A DNA stretch of 64,000 nt from Eledone cirrhosa (taxonomy: Eukaryota): assembly GCA_964016885.1 (NCBI GenBank), contig OZ024741.1:145514001-145578000 (forward strand). The letters run 5' to 3'. The translations under genes were made by a program, and so were the position numbers. The first letter of the stretch is position 1. The number at the start of each line of letters is the position of its first letter. Below the pieces are notes generated by a model. That model was not told where the DNA came from. It saw only the letters and a list, made by a program, of their open reading frames with translations, and ran no database searches. Shown here piece by piece: positions 25,318 through 41,189 of the stretch.

Positions 25318-25644
25318 ATTGTTATACTTTGGGAGGGTCATGTTGCCAATAAGAAACACACGCACCACATGCTTTCACTTCAATTTATTATAATAAATTT
25401 ATAAATTTAGGAATTTATAAATTTCCGGTTGGTTGTTTGGTTCCACAACCAGATGGTTGTTTATATATATATATAAACAATATATATATATATATATATA
25501 TATAAACAACCATCTGATTGTGGAACCAACCAACCGGAAATTTATAAATTCCTAAATTTATAAATTTATTATAATAAATTGAAGTGAATGCAACTGGTGC
25601 ATGTGTTTCTTATTGGCAACATGACCCTCCCAAAGTATAACAAT
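25318..25644. repeat. Fold-back element with ~145-bp arms around a (TA)n spacer
   Basis: Arms 25318-25465 and 25500-25644 are reverse complements; a third copy is at 41955-42093. Confidence 0.9.
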
Positions 25645-25700
25645 ATCGGTTTCAACACACGTTTTCAGATAAAGAATCTTGCTAAACAAATCCAGAAACG

Positions 25701-25754
<54 letters not shown>

Positions 25755-27473
25755 ATCCCTATTATTATGTCATTTATATTCTTGAAGCTCTATAGTCAAC
25801 TATTTCTGTCATGAAATAGTTGATGAATATTCAAAACTAATCTATTGTATCTTGACAATATGTCCAGCCTTTTCTGCTTTTAAGCAGTTATGTCTATCAC
25901 TAAGTATCATTACTCATATATATTTGTCTCACTATATACAGCTGTCTATTTGTCAAACTAGTTATCTCTCTTACTCTCTTTATTTATTTATTTGTTTGTC
26001 TATCAATCTCTATATAAATATTCATGTATGTATCTATTGATCTCTCTAGCTATACAGATATATTTTTATGTATGTATCTCTCTATCTCTTTAGCCACATA
26101 GATATATATTTATGTACACCATGGATTTATATTTATGTATGTATTTATATATCTAGCTACATAGATATATATTTATGTATCTAGCTATCTATTTTTCTAT
26201 CTAATAGTTGTTGTATAGCACACAATATGAAAGTTTTACTCATTCATTCATTATTCATGCCTAGTTTGACTAGTAAATTGTAATCTAGACAACACACAAT
26301 GTAATAAATAAGCAAAACTTATCTAATGGGGCTTTTTTTCCTAAATATAAATCTATAACAGTAATAATAGCAATACTGAAAATTGATGCCATATCCAGAT
26401 AAATGTTTAAAAAGAAAACAAGAAGATCGGCCAAATTATTTCAGAACTGACAATTAATTAATGCAGTAACATTTTGACTCTGTATTTCATCAAAGAGTTA
26501 AGGTAGCACTGTAATTAACTGTAATTTCACAGCTAATTTATGGTAATCACCAAACATTACTTCAACAAATTACATTTTTTTTCTTTGCTTTCATATGAAT
26601 TATATTTTTATCAATTTCTTTTACAGATTCTGTGGAAAGTCATGATCTAAGTTAGTAACATATGAGGCTGGTAGATAAATTATCACTTTGGTTCTGTATT
26701 TATTGCAGAAAAAAACTTCCCCAATTACTTGTTTATTCATTAGCAGTGATTGTGTGTGGTTTATTGGTGGTGCTGGGTTCATGATTGTGAGTTTGATTTT
26801 TTGGACCAGATGACACATTGTGTGCTTGAGAAAGACCTTATTTCACATTGCTTCAGTTTACTCAGTTAGGAGATATGAGGTGTGAAGACACTGGTGTCAT
26901 GCTCTATCAACCTTTGCCATTCCCTTCATCAAAACTGAAATAGTGTATAGACAACCAATAGTCATCCACAAAATACTATCCATGCTTGTGCCTCAGACAG
27001 GCACTCCATGCTCAGTCAGTTATGAGAGCAGAAATCATGGCCAAACATGAACAAAGGGAGCCCTTTCCTTTAACAATGTACATTGATGAGAAGGAAGTCT
27101 TTGGTGAACAAAATCTAGTTTTACTGTCTGATTGAAGTAAATTCACATATTTAAAAGGTACAGTGGACTTCCAAAAACAGACAATCTAAAGTCACATTTT
27201 TCTGTTCCATAATCCAAACATCTAGAATATATTTAATATATAGAGTATATAGATCAGCTGAACAAACGCACACAATTTAGGAGCCTGTAATAAGAATGAT
27301 ATGTAGAAGCTTGCATCATCCTGTATTATTATCATGATTTTCTTATGTCTTTTTTCCATATTCGACATGATTCCTACAGCTGGATGTGAGAACCCCTTGA
27401 CAGTCATCAAGCAATTACACACCTGTTTTCTATTACAGGTACAAAAAGTGACTACCAGAGGATAACTTCACCA

Positions 27474-29055
27474 CTATTGTCGAGTAATGAATCTTATGGC
27501 TACCATCCTTAATGTTGGCTCTTTAAAAGTTAGATCTGGAGAAATTGTGGAGTTGCTAAAGAGGAGAGTAGTTGTGTGCTGTGTCCAAGACATAAAATGG
27601 AAGGGGGCCACAACAAGATTACTCACAGGCAAACAACTTATATATAATTTTTTCTGGGTGTGAAGCAATGAATGTGTTCGTGGAGTAGGCATTCTACTAG
27701 CTAAGATGAGATAATTGAAGTAGTATGAGTAAAAGACAGAATTATCAAGCTCAGAATATTCATTGGAATTAGATTGAATACAGTTATCTCTAGTCATACA
27801 CCAGAATGAGGTGACCTGGTGGTGGAGCAGCACTGTGGATTGAGCAGGCATCGAAAGACTGGAAAAAGGCAGGAAGCAACGATAGCTAAAAGCGAAGTTA
27901 GACTGCACATAGCATGCAAAGAAGCTGAAAGTAAGAGGTTTGCCAATGTCTTGCAATGGAAGGATCAGTGATATGATGTATTTTGTATTGCAAAGCAATG
28001 TGTCAGTGAAAACCATGATTTTCTGAGCAGAAACTGTGTTCAAAAGGACAATGGTATACTTAGAATCAATGACACTCAAAAGAAAGAGGCTTGGAAATAC
28101 TATTATGAACAGTTGAGAAATGTGGAGAATGGGTGGGAGAAAAAGAGACTATCCATAACAAAGAGACCAGCCATCGAAATTGACAGCTATAGGGTTAAAG
28201 AAGAGCTAGAAAAAAGGTCCAGCTTGAGAAACAGAACTTAGAATCAAAAGGGCTTAAATGAAATCTGGGAAACATTAAGATTTAATAAATAGGAAAGAAA
28301 ACAGAAACCTGATACCATCAGAAAAGTGGCTTTGCTTTATAGGCAGAAAATGTACACAATATAAACTTTTAGGTGCACAAGAGGTGTAGTAGGATAACAG
28401 GTAGATTTTGTATGTAGCAGATGCATAAGGATAGTTGGTAGTAGGAGCATCATTTAAATACATGTTTACCAATCCCAAGAAGGATCTATAGATGTGGTTG
28501 ATAGCTTCTCCTACCTAGGTGATCAAATTAGCAGTGGAGAAGTTTGTTCTAAGTGCAGGGTAGCTAGAATAAGAATGAGATGGAAAAGGTTCAGAGAGCT
28601 ACTACCTTTGTTGACAACAAAAGCTTTCTTTCTACAAACAAAAGAGTGGCTGTATGATGCATGCATCTATGTGTTGTTTCATTGTAGTGAAACTTGGGTA
28701 ATGAATGCAGAGGATATGGGAAAACTGGAGAGAAATGAAGCAAGCATGAATGATAAAGCATAGATAATCTGAGAGAAAAGCTGAATATAAGAGAAATCAA
28801 ACATATTGTGCACTGGTTTGGACATGTGAAGCCTTTGGTGATGATCATTGAGTGCAGAAGTGCCAAAAGATCCTTGTGAAAGGAAGCTGCAGTAGAGGTA
28901 GGCCAAAGAAAACCTGAGCAGAGTTTGTGAGAGTTAATCTCAAGTTATTGAAGTTCACAGTTGAGATGACGAATGAAGAGATGATGAATGAAGAGATGCT
29001 GTGCTGAAAAAGACTCATCAAACCATGCAAGAACAGATGTGAAACGATAATGATG
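27474..29055 (+). mobile_element. Heavily decayed, internally deleted RTE LINE
   Basis: LNVGSL..RSGEIVELLKRR..CCVQDIKWKG (APE); VDSFSYLGDQI...RFRELLPLL...LYDAC...SETW...LERNEASM; GRPKKT. Confidence 0.8.
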
Positions 29056-29587
29056 GAACACGCACACACACATATATATATTTCATACAATGAAGTTAAC
29101 TTTGTATTTTTATTTTCCATATTCAAGTGTTTAAAGTTATTTGTTAATTTTGACTATGTTCATGCTTTTTAATAATATTAATAATATTAACTTCTAATAA
29201 ATTTTTGAGTAGTTAATAATATTTCTTGTGTTTTCTTTAAGAAGAAATATTCTGGAAGACAGCCTTAGCTAAGAATATTGCATTTTTTATTGTCCAATTC
29301 ATTTGCAGCTTGTATACATAGACTCTGCTAGGAAATTCATTTTAGACATTCAAATACAGTTATCAAAGAAAGAATAAATGATTTAATGAATGTATGTATC
29401 AATCTATTATATTTGTAACTGTCTGACTATCTCTACACACATGCTTGTATAATTCTTTATCTGCCAATGATATTTCTCCTCCTCCTTCGTCAGCCCTCAC
29501 TTATTCCTGAGAAGGTCATGAGGACAGAGTCCTCAAACACTCCTTCCAGTAGGTCCTGCCAATTGCATCCTCAAGCAATACCAGCAA

Positions 29588-29637
<50 letters not shown>

Positions 29638-30224
29638 TATATATATTATATGAATATATATTATTTGAACATGATATATATATGATATATATACACATAT
29701 ACATAAAACACCCACCTAAATGTTCATATTTATATGCATATATATATATACAAATATATGCAAGCATGGAAAAATGGCTATAAAAACGATGATGATATAT
29801 ATTATGTATATACACATATATCATGTAGTATAGTTTCATGAAAGACAACACCAACTTTACAATAGCTATATGCATTGTTTCGTTGCTACTCAGTAACATA
29901 CAATTTAAACATGATTTTATAACATCTAACAACAAAGTTTTATGTCAATAAGATATGATAAATTAGCTATTTAAGCTTTTTTAATTTTTTATTTCATGAA
30001 TTGAAAAATTTCAAGACAGTATTAAACAGAATATAATCGTCTTGTACAATCTGTTGGTGTTAAGTGTAAATGGAAGGTTTACAAAATATCTCACATTTTT
30101 ACTTTTCATCTGTCTGCAGCTTATTCCCTCTAATTGGTCTATCCATAGTTATATCTGACTTCATATATATATATATATATACACAATTTAAACAAGAACA
30201 TACAATTTAAACATGATTTTATAC

Positions 30225-30945
30225 ATCATCATCATCATCATCACCGTTTTACGTCCGTTCTTCCACGCTAGCATGGGTTACATGGATTATCCTGTTGTCG
30301 GCTGACCTTGTCTTGTTCATACAGGAACTGATTCTGGCTTGATTTCTACAGCTGGATGCCCTTCCTAAGACCAACCTCATTTACAGTGAGTGCTGGGTGC
30401 TTTTCTTCCATGGCGCCTACACGTCCATTTTACAGTGTGGGGTGGGTGCTTTTTTGCCGTGGCACCTCCACGACCACCTTTCAGTTGGAGGAGGTGGAGG
30501 CATATTGTCTATATGCTTCAGCTTCAGCTTGTACCCATGGAAAGTTGGGTCTTCTGTATTATTGCATGACGTCAGAGGTCACAGTCGTGTATCATCACCA
30601 TTGAGAGGTGCAATTGGATAAGGTCAGCTTTTATCATCTCATCCTAGGTCTTCTTCGGTCTCTCCACTCCGCAGCTTCCATCGACTTCTAGTGCTCTGCA
30701 CCTTTTTATGCAGCTGTCATCCTTCATATGCATCACATGTTCATATCAACGCAACCTCCTCTCCTGCACACAGCATTTGCTTCTTCTTGTGCTCAGTCTC
30801 TCTCTCAATTCGTTTATGCTTTGCTGTTCGTGTATATTACTATTACACATCCATCAGAGCATGCAAGCTTCATTTCTTTCTAAAATAAGCAAGTCTTCTA
30901 CAGACAGCACCCAGGTCTCACTACCATGTAACATTACTCCCTGAA
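30225..30945 (-). mobile_element. RTE 3' fragment plus related short tail element
   Basis: (tca)n tail and shared 3' domain; 30640-30940 encodes GVMLHGSETWVL...LERNEACML and GRPKKT. Confidence 0.75.
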
Positions 30946-30975
30946 CTTCTTCCATCCCATTCTTACCCTAGTTAT

Positions 30976-31067
<92 letters not shown>

Positions 31068-31128
31068 GTAGAATACTGGTGGGTTATATCAGCAGTAGAC
31101 CACTCAGTCAATGGAACGAGCTTGGTAG

Positions 31129-31262
31129 AAGTAGTTCCACAACAATTAGTTCACCATACAAAGAACAAATTGTTTCACCTTATTAGGATCATGAGCTGAT
31201 GATCCGAATAAGGTGAAACAATTTGTTCTCAGTATGGGGAACTAACTGTTGTGGACCTACTT
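31129..31262. repeat. Palindrome centred immediately upstream of a hammerhead core
   Basis: About 67-bp imperfect arms centred on AGCT at 31194-31197. Confidence 0.85.
31192..31231 (+). ncRNA. Minimal type-I hammerhead ribozyme motif
   Basis: UGAG-CUGAUGA-UCC GAAUAA GGU-GAAAC-AAUUU-GUU-CUCA. Confidence 0.6.
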
Positions 31263-31304
31263 ATATATATATATATATATACTTATATATATATATATAC
31301 TTAT

Positions 31305-31361
<57 letters not shown>

Positions 31362-31363
<2 letters not shown>

Positions 31364-31737
31364 TGAGCAGAACAAACAAACATTAAACAATCCCTTAAAT
31401 AAATAAAAAAATAATTTAAATATCTACCTGTTCATAATGCTATTACCGGCGGTTTCCATCCACAAAAAATTGGAAATTCAGAGAATTTCCAACGGTCACT
31501 TTAACGGCTATAGCCCATAGGAGCTGGTAGTTAGCATTATATTTGCTGACCATGGGACAAATGTCCTATAGAAAGGAAATAGCTATCTGATGAAATCTGC
31601 TTTCCGTTGGAAATTCAGAGAATTTCCAATTTCTTGTGAATGGAAACCGCCGGTAATAGCATTATGAACAGGTAGATATTTAAATTATTTTTAAATTTAT
31701 TTAAGGGATTGTTTCACGTTTGTTTGTTCTGCTCATC
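31362..31737. repeat. Fold-back element, ~133-bp arms with ~110-bp spacer
   Basis: 31362-31494 is the reverse complement of 31604-31737. Confidence 0.9.
31582..31660 (+). ncRNA. Type-I hammerhead motif with enlarged stem II
   Basis: GCUAU-CUGAUGA-(49 nt including UUGGAAAUU/AAUUUCCAA hairpin)-GAAACC-GCC-GGUA-AUAGC. Confidence 0.65.
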
Positions 31738-31848
31738 AATTTTTATAGTTCTGGTATCTCGAATTAGTACCAGAGAACAACAATTATATTATAGACACCC
31801 TATATATCTCAGTGTGTACTTAGTGCTCAATGAGATATTTACCTCATT

Positions 31849-32818
<970 letters not shown>

Positions 32819-34970
32819 CTTTGAATAACTTTGAAATGTTTTGGCCAGTATTGGCCCAGGCCATGTCTAACTTAATAGCACCACCTGGCGAAGTCTTTCA
32901 ATTCAGGATTTGGGCACCATGGCCCATTCGAGAAGAGAATTACTGTTTGCGGAGACATATCCGGGTGTGGGTGGTTTGTCCGGGATTACTTGGAGGAATT
33001 TGTCCAAAGACTTCTTGAATTTTGTGTGGTCAGTTTCTGTTTTGACGTGTCCTGGTGTGATGTTGAAGAGAGCAGGGCCGATTGAGGTGAAATAATTGTG
33101 CCGTATTGTTGTTATGAGTTGCGATTTAGATTTTTGAATGGGACGGATAGCACGGGGCCCAAGCCTTGGGTGTATCTTGAAGGCGATGCCAACATCATTT
33201 GGGCAGTGATGATGTAACATTTTCCACATCATGCAGATAATATAACGCTCACGGCAACGTTGGAGTGAGTAAAGTTTCAGGTTTTCCAATCGACCCCCGT
33301 AGTCAAGGTCTGACATGCCATCTATCTTTTTCGTGATTGCCCTTTGAGGAGCTTCAAGTTTCATGATACTTTGTTTCGTGTGGGGAGACCACAGTGGACA
33401 ACAGTATTCAAGGTGTGGTCGGGCGAAAGTAGAGAAGAGAAGGATAATGGTGCGGGAATCTCTCGACTGGAAGGTTCTGAGGATCCAGGAACACATTCTG
33501 CGGGCCATGCATGTCAACTTTGCTGCTTATATGCGTGGTCCAGCTTATGTTGCTGTCCACGGTTACTCCCAAGTCTCTGATGTTGTTAGATGCCACGAGA
33601 GTTTCCCCGGAGGGAAGGGAGTACGGGAGTTTCAGAGCATCCTCTTTTCCAAAGTGGATCAGTTCGAATTTGTCTTCGTTCAGTAACATGTTGTTCTTTT
33701 CTGCCCATTGGGTAACAGCCAGTAGGTCTGACTGAAGGCTTATCCGGTCATCCACGCCATTGATGACCTTTTGGAGCTTGGAATCATCAGCGAAAATTTT
33801 AATGTTGCTGTGTTTGATGATGTCAGTGATGTCATTAATATAGATGATGAAGAGAAGTGGGCCCAACACAGTGCCTTGTGGGACTCCACTACTGACTTTG
33901 GCTGGGCTTGATTTGACTCCCTCAACTACAACATGTTGGGTTCTGTTTGACAGGAAGCTCTTGATCCACTGCAGCAGCTTTCCAGTGACACCAATATTGG
34001 ACAGCTTTCTCAGTAGAATGTTATGATCAACCCTGTCAAAGGCCTTGCTGAAATCAAGGTAGATAACATCAGTGTTGGAACCCTCTCCCAAGGCTCTCAA
34101 AATGTCATCAAAGTGATGCAGTAGTTGCGTCAGGCAATCCCTTCCATTACGGAATCCATGCTGGTTGGAGTTCAGCATATTGTTACTCTCAAGGAAGTGT
34201 GTCATTCGCGATCTCACCACTCGCTCAAATACCTTAATGATATGAGAGGTGAGTGAGATTGGACGGTAATTCACGGCAAGGGATTTGTTTCCCTTTTTGA
34301 AAACTGGGACAACAGACTGGGATAGAAGGTTTTCTGGCACATATCCAGCATCCAGTGAGTTCCGCCACAGATTGGCAAGAGGAGAAGCAAGTTGGTGTTG
34401 ACACGCCTTCAAGACACAAGCAGGGAACCTATCGGGACCTACTGCTGAATTATGCTTGATTTCCTTTATTGCCGCCAAGACATCAGGGGCGCCAAACGTT
34501 ATGTCCGATAAGGTGTAATGGGGAGTAACATCGCCGATACAGCCCAGATCGGCCATATCAGGATTGCTGAAAACAGAGCAGTATTGTTTCTGCAGTATCT
34601 CACCCATGGTTTTAGCATTGTCTTGAAGAGTGCCATTTTCATCAATTAGAGGGCCAACAGTAGAGCCAGTGATTTTGTGTTTTTTTGCAAATGAAAAGAA
34701 CACTTTGGGATTGAGTTTGATCTTCTCAATGGCCCAGGCCTCTTCAGCTCTTCTCTGATTGTTGATGAGGGACATTATGTTGTTTTGGAGGTTATGTTTT
34801 TTAATCTCTAGTGATGAAATGGCAGTCAAGTTGATGTGTTGCTGCTGACAGTATTTCATCTTGTTGATTTTTTTGTTCGTTCTCTTAATTTTTCTGATGA
34901 GCGTTTTTCTATTTCTAGGGATTCTGCTCTTAGATTTGTTTATAGTTCTTAATGGGGTGTGTTTAGCACA
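32819..34970 (-). mobile_element. 5'-truncated CR1/L2-group LINE inserted in (TA)n
   Basis: 483-aa ORF: AVGPD, NYRPISLTSHIIKVFE, QHGFR, YLDFSKAFDRVDH, SGVPQGTVLGPLLF, IFADDSKL, IRDLGV; continues after a frameshift as RPHLEYCCPLWSP. Confidence 0.95.
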
Positions 34971-35679
<709 letters not shown>

Positions 35680-35688
<9 letters not shown>

Positions 35689-36131
35689 GAGAGAATGTCT
35701 GTCTGTCTGTGTGTCTGACTCCCTAAAACTCGAGAACCACCCAACCGATTTCTTTCAAACTTTACACGTGTAATACTTATGGTCGTGTGAATATTTTGAG
35801 AAAACAATATTTCAAATTTTCAATGCCCTAGCGACTGCATTAGGCGATTTAGCGATCTCTCTCTATAATTCTTAGTTTTTCTTTTTAGATAGATACATAG
35901 ATATAACGTTGCGCCCTGGTATAATATCTGTCTATATGTCTGGCTTTCTGGATTACGACATTATGACACTATCTGTGTATATATATGGATATATATTGTG
36001 TGTGTATATATATATATTGTGTAACGTTTTCGAAATATTTACTTCTGCGTTCACAGATTGATTTTTTTTAGCTTCAGAAGATCCTGTTAAGGGTGAAAGC
36101 AGCGGTTCTTTGCTTAAACTTTAATCTGTTA

Positions 36132-36186
<55 letters not shown>

Positions 36187-36354
36187 TACTTGTCTCACTC
36201 GCTTTACGTGTTTTAATTATTATTGCGCCAACGTGAGGTATATGATTTTTAATGCAATGAAATATCTATGACCGTTGGTAAATCACTGATGAGGGACTCA
36301 TTTTATAACACGTTATCCATGTGCAACCATGCAGTATTCTTCTCCCCATTTTTT

Positions 36355-36412
<58 letters not shown>

Positions 36413-36843
36413 TATATTCGTGTACAGATATTTTTGCAAACACAATAACAAAATATAAACAAACGTATTTATTTCACGAGGATCAATAAGGATAAATATA
36501 TATCAAATATATAAGAACCCTACAGCAAATATTGTTCTCAATGCTGACGAGGCAGAACGGGATATACACGATTGGCTGAAGAATGAGGAGACTGTGTTAG
36601 TAGTACGATCAACAGCTGCTATCAGACCAACAGCAACAAAAACAACAACAAAATGAGAGGGAACGCAATTAGATGCTTTTGAAAAATCTTAATGGAAAAT
36701 TATTTGCCTATTGATCAAAGCAACTTCACTTTTTATTAGGACTGCATCAATTGGTGAACATACGACGAAACTGTTTCAGAAAGGAGGGATAAACATGCTA
36801 ATCTATGTTTAGAATCCCGAGCAACGCCGGGCCATTCTGCTAG
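35680..36843 (+). mobile_element. Non-autonomous Helitron-like element with nested insertions
   Basis: (GTCT)n near the 5' end, caaccgattt...aaactt motif, 3' hairpin CCCGAGCAACGCCGGG then CTAG|T at 36840-36844. Confidence 0.7.
36183..36350 (+). repeat. Short dispersed repeat between (TA)n/(CA)n tracts
   Basis: Reverse-complement match to 21228-21420. Confidence 0.75.
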
Positions 36844-37333
36844 TATATAGTATAGCCGTGGTGGTTAAAATATATCACCCATAACAATATGCATTGTGTG
36901 TATTTATTTGATGTAGTGAACAAGAGAGAAGACTGTGTTGGTATAAACCCGTGATGGGATTGGAAGATGGCGGTTGTATGAAAAAAAATGCTGAAAAATC
37001 TCGTATTTATCTTTCTTCTCTCTCTCTCTCTCTCTCTCTCCCCGCCCCAATCCATGTCAGAGCAGAGACGGCTCTCCATGTGGGACAATAACTGAGATCC
37101 TCTCTAGTGCTAGTGCCAAAGAAAAAAGACACTGGTTGAAAATAGAAAGGGAACTCCGTGTAAAATCCATCCCAATAAGGATCGAGAGGACCCTTCAGTT
37201 ATGTCAACAGTGTAACAGTCTCTCTAGTATTGCTGATCTATATGATAAATGCACCCTTTGTAATATGTTTTTTTTTACGTAAACAAATGTTTTTAGCATG
37301 TATTACATTTAATGGTATCTTATAAAGTTGTAC

Positions 37334-37428
37334 AAGTGCCTGAAGATAGGTCAGTATTTTCAGCCGTCTTTTATTCTGGAGGTGTGTGTGTGGTCAATAA
37401 TTGGGTCTTGAAACCTTGAATAGCACTT
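37334..37428 (+). ncRNA. Degenerate type-I hammerhead motif with long stem II
   Basis: AAGUGC-CUGAAGA-(63 nt)-GAAAC-CUUGA-AUA-GCACUU; stem III mismatched. Confidence 0.4.
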
Positions 37429-37453
37429 TTGTTCCATGACTAAACACAAATAA

Positions 37454-37539
<86 letters not shown>

Positions 37540-37540
37540 A

Positions 37541-37857
37541 TGAATTAGAAGGCAGTATGTTAGAATTTCACCACATTCTATTTCTCACATAACCACTGTT
37601 ATGTGCATTTTGATACTAACTGATATGGAATCCTTAGATACAGTTTCTCCAAAGAGTTTATTAGTTATATAAATATTACTGATGTAAGTTCTTATCCGAT
37701 ATGCCAGGTGGTGGTCTAAAGTGTTGTTTATGCAAGTGAAAAACTGTCTGACGAAATTGTATCTGATGATAACATAAGGGACATCATCGAAATGTGCATA
37801 ACAGTGATTGTGTAGTAAATAGAAGTGTGAAATTTTAACATACTGCCTTCTAAGTCA
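37541..37857. repeat. Fold-back element next to (TA)n
   Basis: 37541-37611 is the reverse complement of 37789-37857. Confidence 0.8.
37743..37805 (+). ncRNA. Type-I hammerhead motif
   Basis: ACUGU-CUGACGA-10 nt linker-GAUGAU/AUCAUC hairpin-GAAAU-GUGC-AUA-ACAGU, with a compensatory U-A pair in stem III. Confidence 0.65.
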
Positions 37858-38023
37858 TGACTTCATCTGACACACACCTATGTGATAATATAATAATGAG
37901 GTTAGACTATGTCATGAGCTCAATCCTGTTTACCCAAAAACTAATAATAGATTTAGTAACACAAAATTACCATAATATACATATGGACACACACATACTC
38001 AAACACACACACACACACATACT

Positions 38024-38121
<98 letters not shown>

Positions 38122-38815
38122 TATACATACAGTTGTTATATTCTGTATTCTGGATCAAGTAAGAGAAGTTTGAGAGAATGCCTCAATGTGCTTGGAAATG
38201 CATGGGGACCTGAAACCTTAGCGAATGCCTGGTACATAATACTATGTCATACTCCCAACTTGAGTATATAGTAGAAGACCCTTGTCTCTGGTGCCTTGTA
38301 GTAAGCCGAAACACAAACCATATGGCTGCAAACTGAACTTCTTAACTATGCCTGGGTCTCTGTCAGCAATGTGATACTAACTTCATCTAATGTCTAAAAA
38401 GCAATATGCAAACATGACATATCATATATTCCTTTAGATGTTATGAAAGTTAGATATAGATTCAAATATATATTCATAATATAGACAAATAAGAACCGAC
38501 TGAAAACTACCAAGTACAATTATTATATAAGTTATGTGAACATATATTGATATATTTTCAATTGACACTAATCATTAATACTGAAAGCTTACTAGCAATA
38601 AAAATGTATTTCTAAATACTTCCCCCTGCAGTGCTAGCTGCCTCAAATATTATAGATCAGAAACTACAATGAACAAAACAAATTTTCCATCAAAACATGA
38701 ATGAATGAATATAAATGTAAATATTACATCAAGATAAATTGATATAAGAATAGGATATTGCAAATATCTGATGAAATTAAGCATACAAGATATCTAATCA
38801 TATAAAATATGTAAT

Positions 38816-38895
<80 letters not shown>

Positions 38896-39149
38896 GATGT
38901 ATATATATATATAGAGAGAGAGAGACGCACACACACAAATAAATAAATAACTGGGTGAATTTTATAGTGGCAAAAGCACTGCCACGCTTTTTACATTTAT
39001 ACCATAATTGAATAAATTATTTGATTTATATTTACGTATTTTTTGTGAGAAATATTGTTTTTCATTGTTCCGGTTCGGTTTCTACTTCATTCTGACATTT
39101 AGTATGTCAGTAAAAATAAAATTTCTTATTAATATGAGCTTTTCAATAA

Positions 39150-39360
39150 ACGGTGGATTAGCAGCATCCTTAGTGCATCAGATGAAATGCATTGCAGTAT
39201 TTCATTATGGCTCTCTATGTTGTAGTTTCAAATCCCACTGACAATAATTTTGTCTTTCATCCACTTAAGTTAATACAATAAAGTAACAGTCAAGTACCAG
39301 TGCTGATATAATCCCTCCCAAAATGTCAGTCTTTGTGCCTTCGCTAGAAACCATCATTAG
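39150..39360 (+). mobile_element. Decayed tRNA/Deu-like SINE
   Basis: ttcaaatccc...ctttcatcc...aataaagtaacag...tttgtgcct...tagaaac. Confidence 0.55.
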
Positions 39361-40278
39361 TTTTCGATTGACAACTACAATATAATGTACACACATGTGT
39401 TTGAGTTTGTACATATGTGTATGTGTGTGAGGCTAAGCAGATGTTTTGGCATTCAACAACCATAGGAAAAAAATTATAAACAAATCTGAACTAACAATTC
39501 TTGTAAATAATACACAAACCAAGTCACATATAGTTTTACGTAATTAATATAATAGCAATGATGCTACTAACAATAATGAACATTTTAATGTTGGGGATAA
39601 GACACTTAGGTTCTTTCTCTTGTGTGTGGGGGTGGGGGGTGGGGTGGGGGGGGGGGGGGGGGGGGCAGAGTACTCAAGCACACCTTCCAGCATGTTCTGT
39701 TAGAAGTAGCTGACTCCAGTTGTTCTGGATGAATCCTCAAGTGAGATCAACCAAGCTCATCGATGTTATCCAAATACCTTGCTTCGGATCAATTTTTGGG
39801 TTTCCTGCTCATAAAATCCAACACATATTTATTTTGATATCCTGATCACATATCTGCAGTATCAGAGCTGTAATCCCTCACTTCGGATAAGTAGTGGATC
39901 TACTTGGATGAACCCCTTAATCTCCAAGCTATGCGCTTGATTGAAAAACGTTACTCCAAAGACCCTTCAGAGAAACCATATTTCGTTGCCTGCTTGTATT
40001 CATAATCGTATTCTTTTGGTCATTATCTAAATGAAAGATACTGCCAATCCACCTCAGAAATAATGTTATAAAATAGTGTGAACTCCTTACACTTAAAAAC
40101 AGCTGCAATTACATAGGTTGTTCCTGTGTTTGCAAATGTTATTAAGACATGTTTTATTCCCATTTACATATTTTCAGAATGAGACATTTAAATAAATCTC
40201 TACTTCCTTAGCTAGGTTAATTCAGCATTTAAAAAGTGATACAATAAAAAAAAACAAGATGTCCTACACGAGTGAAAG

Positions 40279-40483
40279 TATAAGGAAAAAAGATGAAATC
40301 GAAAATGCAACTGGAGTCTATTTAAAAATATTTATTTGATTCCTTTACCGGTTTCGCAATTCTTAAACCATCCATCTCAATTCTACTTTTGAAAAGCACA
40401 AGAACTGCGAAACCGTTAAAGGAACCAAATGAAATAAATATTTTTAAAAAGACTCCAGTTGCATTTTCGAGTTCATCTTTTTT

Positions 40484-40490
<7 letters not shown>
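40279..40490. repeat. Fold-back element with decayed hammerhead
   Basis: Arms 40279-40365 and 40400-40490; CUU-UUGAAAA-GCA..UGC-GAAAC-CG-(G/U)UA-AAGG. Confidence 0.75.
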
Positions 40491-40531
<41 letters not shown>

Positions 40532-40602
40532 CAGGATAGATGCTGGCGAGCGAAGGCTGGCGGAATAAACAGGTAATTTGGAAACACTGCTTCGAAGGAT
40601 TG

Positions 40603-40699
40603 AGACATGTCTGAAGGACTTGCGATTTCAGAGTCAGGTTCGATCATCGCATTGATCGTGCCTCGAGCTGGTCTCCAGAGAAACGATTGTAATATGTCT
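40603..40699 (+). ncRNA. Type-I hammerhead motif with branched stem II (CUGAAGGA core)
   Basis: AGACAUGU-CUGAAGGA-(61 nt)-GAAAC-GAUU-GUA-AUAUGUCU; second copy at 43185-43283 on the minus strand. Confidence 0.6.
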
Positions 40700-40748
40700 A
40701 ATAAATTCTAATTCGTCATATCACTGATTCTCTGTTTCTTATGTGATA

Positions 40749-40800
<52 letters not shown>

Positions 40801-40817
40801 TGTGTGTCTGTGTATAC

Positions 40818-40855
<38 letters not shown>

Positions 40856-41189
40856 TGGCGGACTGGCCAGGTTGCCCGGTTGCCCAATGGTAAGTGGGCC
40901 CCAGGGGAACCACGGTGGCATTGCAGGTCCCACTGACGTTTAAGAGCCAATGCTTTGTTTTCCAAAAATACCTGAAGTATTAGAGAAAGAATAACATTTA
41001 AAAAAAAATAAATAAAACAATTATGCAAAGCATTTGGTCAACCAATTCCCCTGGGAATTAATAGAATCCCAAATATATGATAGTGCAAATAGCTGGAATC
41101 AGTGGTTGTAGATTCTACTAAATCTAAAGCTTAGTGTATTCATGCATGCAAACATACATATATAGACACACACATACATAAGCATATAT

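Noticed and set aside
36255-36300. GAAA...CTGATGA as a type-II hammerhead (also 21278-21322 minus)
   Set aside because: No UH triplet or stem I in the required positions.
39628-39665. G-run as a functional G-quadruplex
   Set aside because: Simple homopolymer-like tract with no supporting context.
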